DNA from: an uncultured virus (IMG/VR IMGVR_UViG_3300003178_000005)
Lineage: Duplodnaviria; Heunggongvirae; Uroviricota; Caudoviricetes
Direction: 5' to 3' (one strand)
IMG/VR virus record: IMGVR_UViG_3300003178_000005
DNA length: 64,000 nt
Within the stretch, counting starts at the first letter, position 1; each line of letters opens with the position of its first letter. Shown piece by piece: positions 60,643 to 64,000 of this stretch. Both the position numbers and the translations under genes were made by a program. The notes beneath the pieces were generated by a model, which saw nothing but the letters and a program-made list of their open reading frames with translations, ran no database searches and was not told the origin of the DNA.

Positions 60643-62137
60643 TCACAAAAACCCTCCAGTGTGCTTAGCTCTATCTGATGTAACATTATTTACATATGTC
60701 GGAGTTTTTGTATTCAGAATCTCTTCCCTAATTGCTTTTGACAAGTTTCTATAATTCATTTTTGAAAACAAGTTACCAGAAAATGTTGGTCTCTGCTCAA
60801 GTGCCTTAAAGATTGGCTTTACGGGTGGTCGCTCTTTTGTTGTCCTTACTCTAAAAATATTCCATTTTTTTAGTATCTTGTATACTCGCTCATCTATCTC
60901 AAGCCCTTTCGATAGAGAGCCAACATCTTCACCTAGATATTTGCCTATTATATTTTTTGACACTTGCTCCATCATGGATGTCCTTGGGTACTTTTCCATA
61001 AGCATAGAGTGCGAATCTATGTCTCCGTGCTTATCCATGCCGAGAGACAGATGCCCTCTTGATACCAATTCAAAATGCTTTTTCTGTAAATCTTTTCCAG
61101 TAGAGTTCAAGAATAGCTTATGGAGCATATTGCTTTCATGTTCTCGTGCTTCACCTATGCTTCTTGTTTCAAGAATCTGCTTCGGTGTAACTATCCCACT
61201 AGACAATGCTGTTCCCTTGTATACTATCTCGCCAACCTTTACTTTTACTGCAGATTTTGGCTACTGTTTGATTTTCCCATTGTAGAGTGCTTCGTGGATA
61301 GTGTCATCTGCGTCAGTACCTCACCCATTGTTTGTGCCGCTATTATTCCAACATTGTCGCCTACCGATGGAAGCTTTCCTGTTGGAAGTAGCCCGTAGCA
61401 CTTAGCGCAAACTCCTTTTTTTGCCTGGCACGTCAGCGGGCTTCTGACCTTTACCTTTCCTCCTTTTCTCTTTAGCACCTTAAAATAAGCCTCGTCTATA
61501 AGCTTGTTTGTTCCTGCCTCAAATCTACCAAGTATATGTCTATCTGAGGCATCCATGAATATCCCATTTGTTGTACCGCAGTCAACCATCGTTATTGTCT
61601 GGTCGTCTGTATTTGCGACAAGAACCTTGCCTAGAGCACCCGGCTCAGCAGTTGCGTTTGCAGCCTGAACAGATGAGAACCTTCCCTGGCTTGACACATT
61701 AAAATATTCCTGAGAATTCAACCCACTTGTAAAATTATTCTTTATTAGTGTTGGCTTTGGTAGCTGGTTCATGTCTACGGCATAAATTGGACCTATTGAC
61801 ATTCTGGCAAACTGAGCAGGCTTTCCTCTTGAGCCTGATTTTACTTGCTGCGCCATTTCGTTATCTTTTTCATCTATTTTATTAGCTTCTTTGACTCCTT
61901 ATCATTTGCCTTTAGGTCATTTGGACCAACATTGGCACCAAGATAAAATGCCATATGCTCGCCTATTGCGGCTATTTTGCTTATTGTGGATGCATATTTG
62001 CTTGGGTATTTTTTTGCAAATAGCTTCATTTTGGTTTTGAATTCTTTAGAATCTATCTTTTTATTGTACGGAAACTTTATGTCCGGTGGCAACATTTCAT
62101 TTATAAGTATAATCCCAGCTGTTCCTGTCATTTCCAA
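60643..62137 (-). CDS. rpoC: RNA polymerase beta-prime C-terminal half (pieces 61874-62137, 61245-61856, 60643-61206)
   Basis: SGSRG, NF..GL...EYF (bridge-helix region), [41 protein letters not shown] (trigger loop). Confidence 0.88.
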
Positions 62138-62430
62138 TCCTTGTCTCCAAAATTAATGGAATAGTAATCCAAAAGCCTATCTCCATCTGCCTTAAACCTT
62201 CCAATAAACGTTCCTCTTTTCTTCACAACATCGAGCATCTTCTCGTTGTCGTTGTATATTGGAACTATAACAGGTTTCCCCTTTAGTCTATTCTTCATGT
62301 CTGCGTACAGCGAGTATCCATCCCTTGTTTCACGGACTCTTTTGTCTAGCGCAAAAAAGCTTAGTGTATATGTATTTGGATTTTCATAATACCCATACAA
62401 GCGTAACCACGTCATGATAGTTAAAGGCAC
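62128..62430 (-). CDS. Hypothetical protein fragment (weakly GNAT-like C-terminus)
   Basis: Overlaps 62384-62944, suggesting a deletion junction. Confidence 0.35.
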   Translation of the reverse strand: MPLTIMTWLRLYGYYENPNTYTLSFFALDKRVRETRDGYSLYADMKNRLKGKPVIVPIYNDNEKMLDVVKKRGTFIGRFKADGDRLLDYYSINFGDKDWK

Positions 62431-62944
62431 TTAAGCTAGTGATTTCAACTTTATTGTCAAGAAAAGCCATCTGCGTAGACTTATCGACAAGCAAATCCTG
62501 CATGTCTTTTTTTGTAAGAATCATGATTTTAGATAGCGCATATACCAATTTGTTATCAGATACATCTTTCAATGACATCAATATGAATGGGTGCACCTCT
62601 TGTTGTCTCTCAAACAGCCTACTGACCTCAGCCTGATTATATAATGCCCTATTCAGCTCGTGAGTAATGACATTCTTGGCAATATCCGCATAAGACATAC
62701 TGTAGTACTTTGTATGCTTTTTGTAAAATGCGCCAACAAGCATTAGTAAAAACGAAAAAACTTTATCAGAGCTTGAAATTATCATATCTATGTCAGATGA
62801 CAGTATTTTGTAAAACGATGCTATTATCTTTTGTTTTGTGGCAACATCTTCTATACTATAGCTATCCATTGCTGTCATAAAGTCTATTAGTGACTTTTCG
62901 CTATACCCAACCATTACAGTACTCCTTCGCAATATAGAGAACAC
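62384..62944 (-). CDS. Hypothetical protein
   Basis: Helical ORF; AAGGAG SD before the internal Met. Confidence 0.6.
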   Translation of the reverse strand: MFSILRRSTVMVGYSEKSLIDFMTAMDSYSIEDVATKQKIIASFYKILSSDIDMIISSSDKVFSFLLMLVGAFYKKHTKYYSMSYADIAKNVITHELNRALYNQAEVSRLFERQQEVHPFILMSLKDVSDNKLVYALSKIMILTKKDMQDLLVDKSTQMAFLDNKVEITSLSAFNYHDVVTLVWVL

Positions 62945-63696
62945 CTAACTATTGCTTTTAATTTTTGTTTTGACACCATAAGGTGTGGCTCGTCTAAATG
63001 AATCCACTCGCACTCTATTTCGCACCCTTCATCTATATTGTCGGGCGGAGGCATGTCACACTCATCGTTCTTTATGTACTTACTATTTAATTCTTTTATT
63101 TTATCAAGAATCCACTTTATCAAGTCTGATAGCGGTCCATTGCCGTCATAATCTTCAAGGAATAGCTTTAGCTGTAGAGCATAAAACTGGCTCAGGCTTT
63201 CTGTGAGCAGTAGATGTAGAAGCTTAAATGTAAGAGCATTCTGACCACCACTATTCTCAATATAGTAAGAATCGTCTATATACTCAGCATTTTTACTTAA
63301 CAGAATTGATTTCACCTCTGAGAAGTTGCTGTCAGATATAAGCTCCTTCTCCTCTCTATCTGAAAGCATCTTCTCAAGGATTACAAACTCATTTGTATTG
63401 CTCAGTGTCTTAAGAATAAATGAGTCCTCCATATAGGACACATTTGCCGGAGAATCGTCTGAAAAGATATATCCAGATATAAAGGAGAAGTTGTCAACAT
63501 TTATTGAGATATCAAGCTCAACAGATAGACTCTTTCCGTATGCATTAAAAGAGTCCCCTGATATTGCACCAGGATTGCAGTATACATTTTGATTGGTTCG
63601 AATATTAAGCTCACGAAGAGCAATTTCTTTGCTGACAACGCTATTCTCGTCAGCTGTATCATGCATTAATGTGGTCACTATCGAATCTAAAATCAT
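62914..63696 (-). CDS. Hypothetical protein
   Basis: 260 aa ORF. Confidence 0.6.
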   Translation of the reverse strand: MILDSIVTTLMHDTADENSVVSKEIALRELNIRTNQNVYCNPGAISGDSFNAYGKSLSVELDISINVDNFSFISGYIFSDDSPANVSYMEDSFILKTLSNTNEFVILEKMLSDREEKELISDSNFSEVKSILLSKNAEYIDDSYYIENSGGQNALTFKLLHLLLTESLSQFYALQLKLFLEDYDGNGPLSDLIKWILDKIKELNSKYIKNDECDMPPPDNIDEGCEIECEWIHLDEPHLMVSKQKLKAIVRCSLYCEGVL

Positions 63697-64000
63697 CAGA
63701 CGACAGGTCGTATAGCCATAGCACCTTATGAGAATTTATAGCTTTTGTCAGAAAGTATTCATCTAGATACGAGACAGTATACTCTGCACTATCTATATGT
63801 GACGCACTGTTATCGTAATATAAGCCAGCGGAAGCCTCTTTCCTGAATGAAAAGTTCGAATTGTTGCCATCTATTGTTATGTCTGTATTTATATTAAGAG
63901 TATAAGAGTCCTTGTCAAAAGGGTATGGACCTATAAAGAATGTTATGTTTGGATTAAAGATATCGAATTCTTCTTGAATAAGACTATGCTTATCCTCTAT

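Noticed and set aside
1..64000. Genome-wide stop-codon reassignment
   Set aside because: TAA, TAG and TGA all terminate well-defined genes (e.g. recA, ssb, dUTPase); coding density is high with code 11; no suppressor tRNA.

Overview
A 64 kb segment of a large, AT-rich tailed dsDNA phage genome. The host is inferred to be Campylobacterota-like, from TGnTATAAT promoters, AAGGA(G) ribosome-binding sites, a dimeric dUTPase and the SSB tail. Layout: (1) 1-3.6 kb is a tRNA/ncRNA array invaded twice by HNH homing endonucleases. One sits in a group I intron in tRNA(CAU), with its ORF running through the ribozyme core. The other is an intron-less cassette that splits an old tRNA and carries a replacement tRNA-Pro. 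Several unassigned structured RNAs and a type-I-toxin-like small ORF lie here too. (2) 3.8-17.4 kb holds virion-like proteins, HU, VRR-NUC, RecA and a multisubunit-type RNA polymerase in which beta is fused to the N-terminal (catalytic) half of beta-prime; the C-terminal half is encoded about 47 kb away at 60.6-62.1 kb. (3) 17.5-35.6 kb is a plus-strand replication/nucleotide block: NYN, RecE/RecT, an initiator with internal iterons, DnaB, a Gp49-family protein, SSB, ThyX-like, dUTPase and NrdAB. (4) 35.6-64 kb is a minus-strand morphogenesis block: portal, prohead protease, proteins carrying a repeated hydrophobic-x-K-x-A motif, and many tail/adhesin proteins. Many genes show local deletions, duplications and N gaps that look like assembly errors, so gene boundaries need read-level checking. 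All family calls come from motif recognition by eye; no searches were run.
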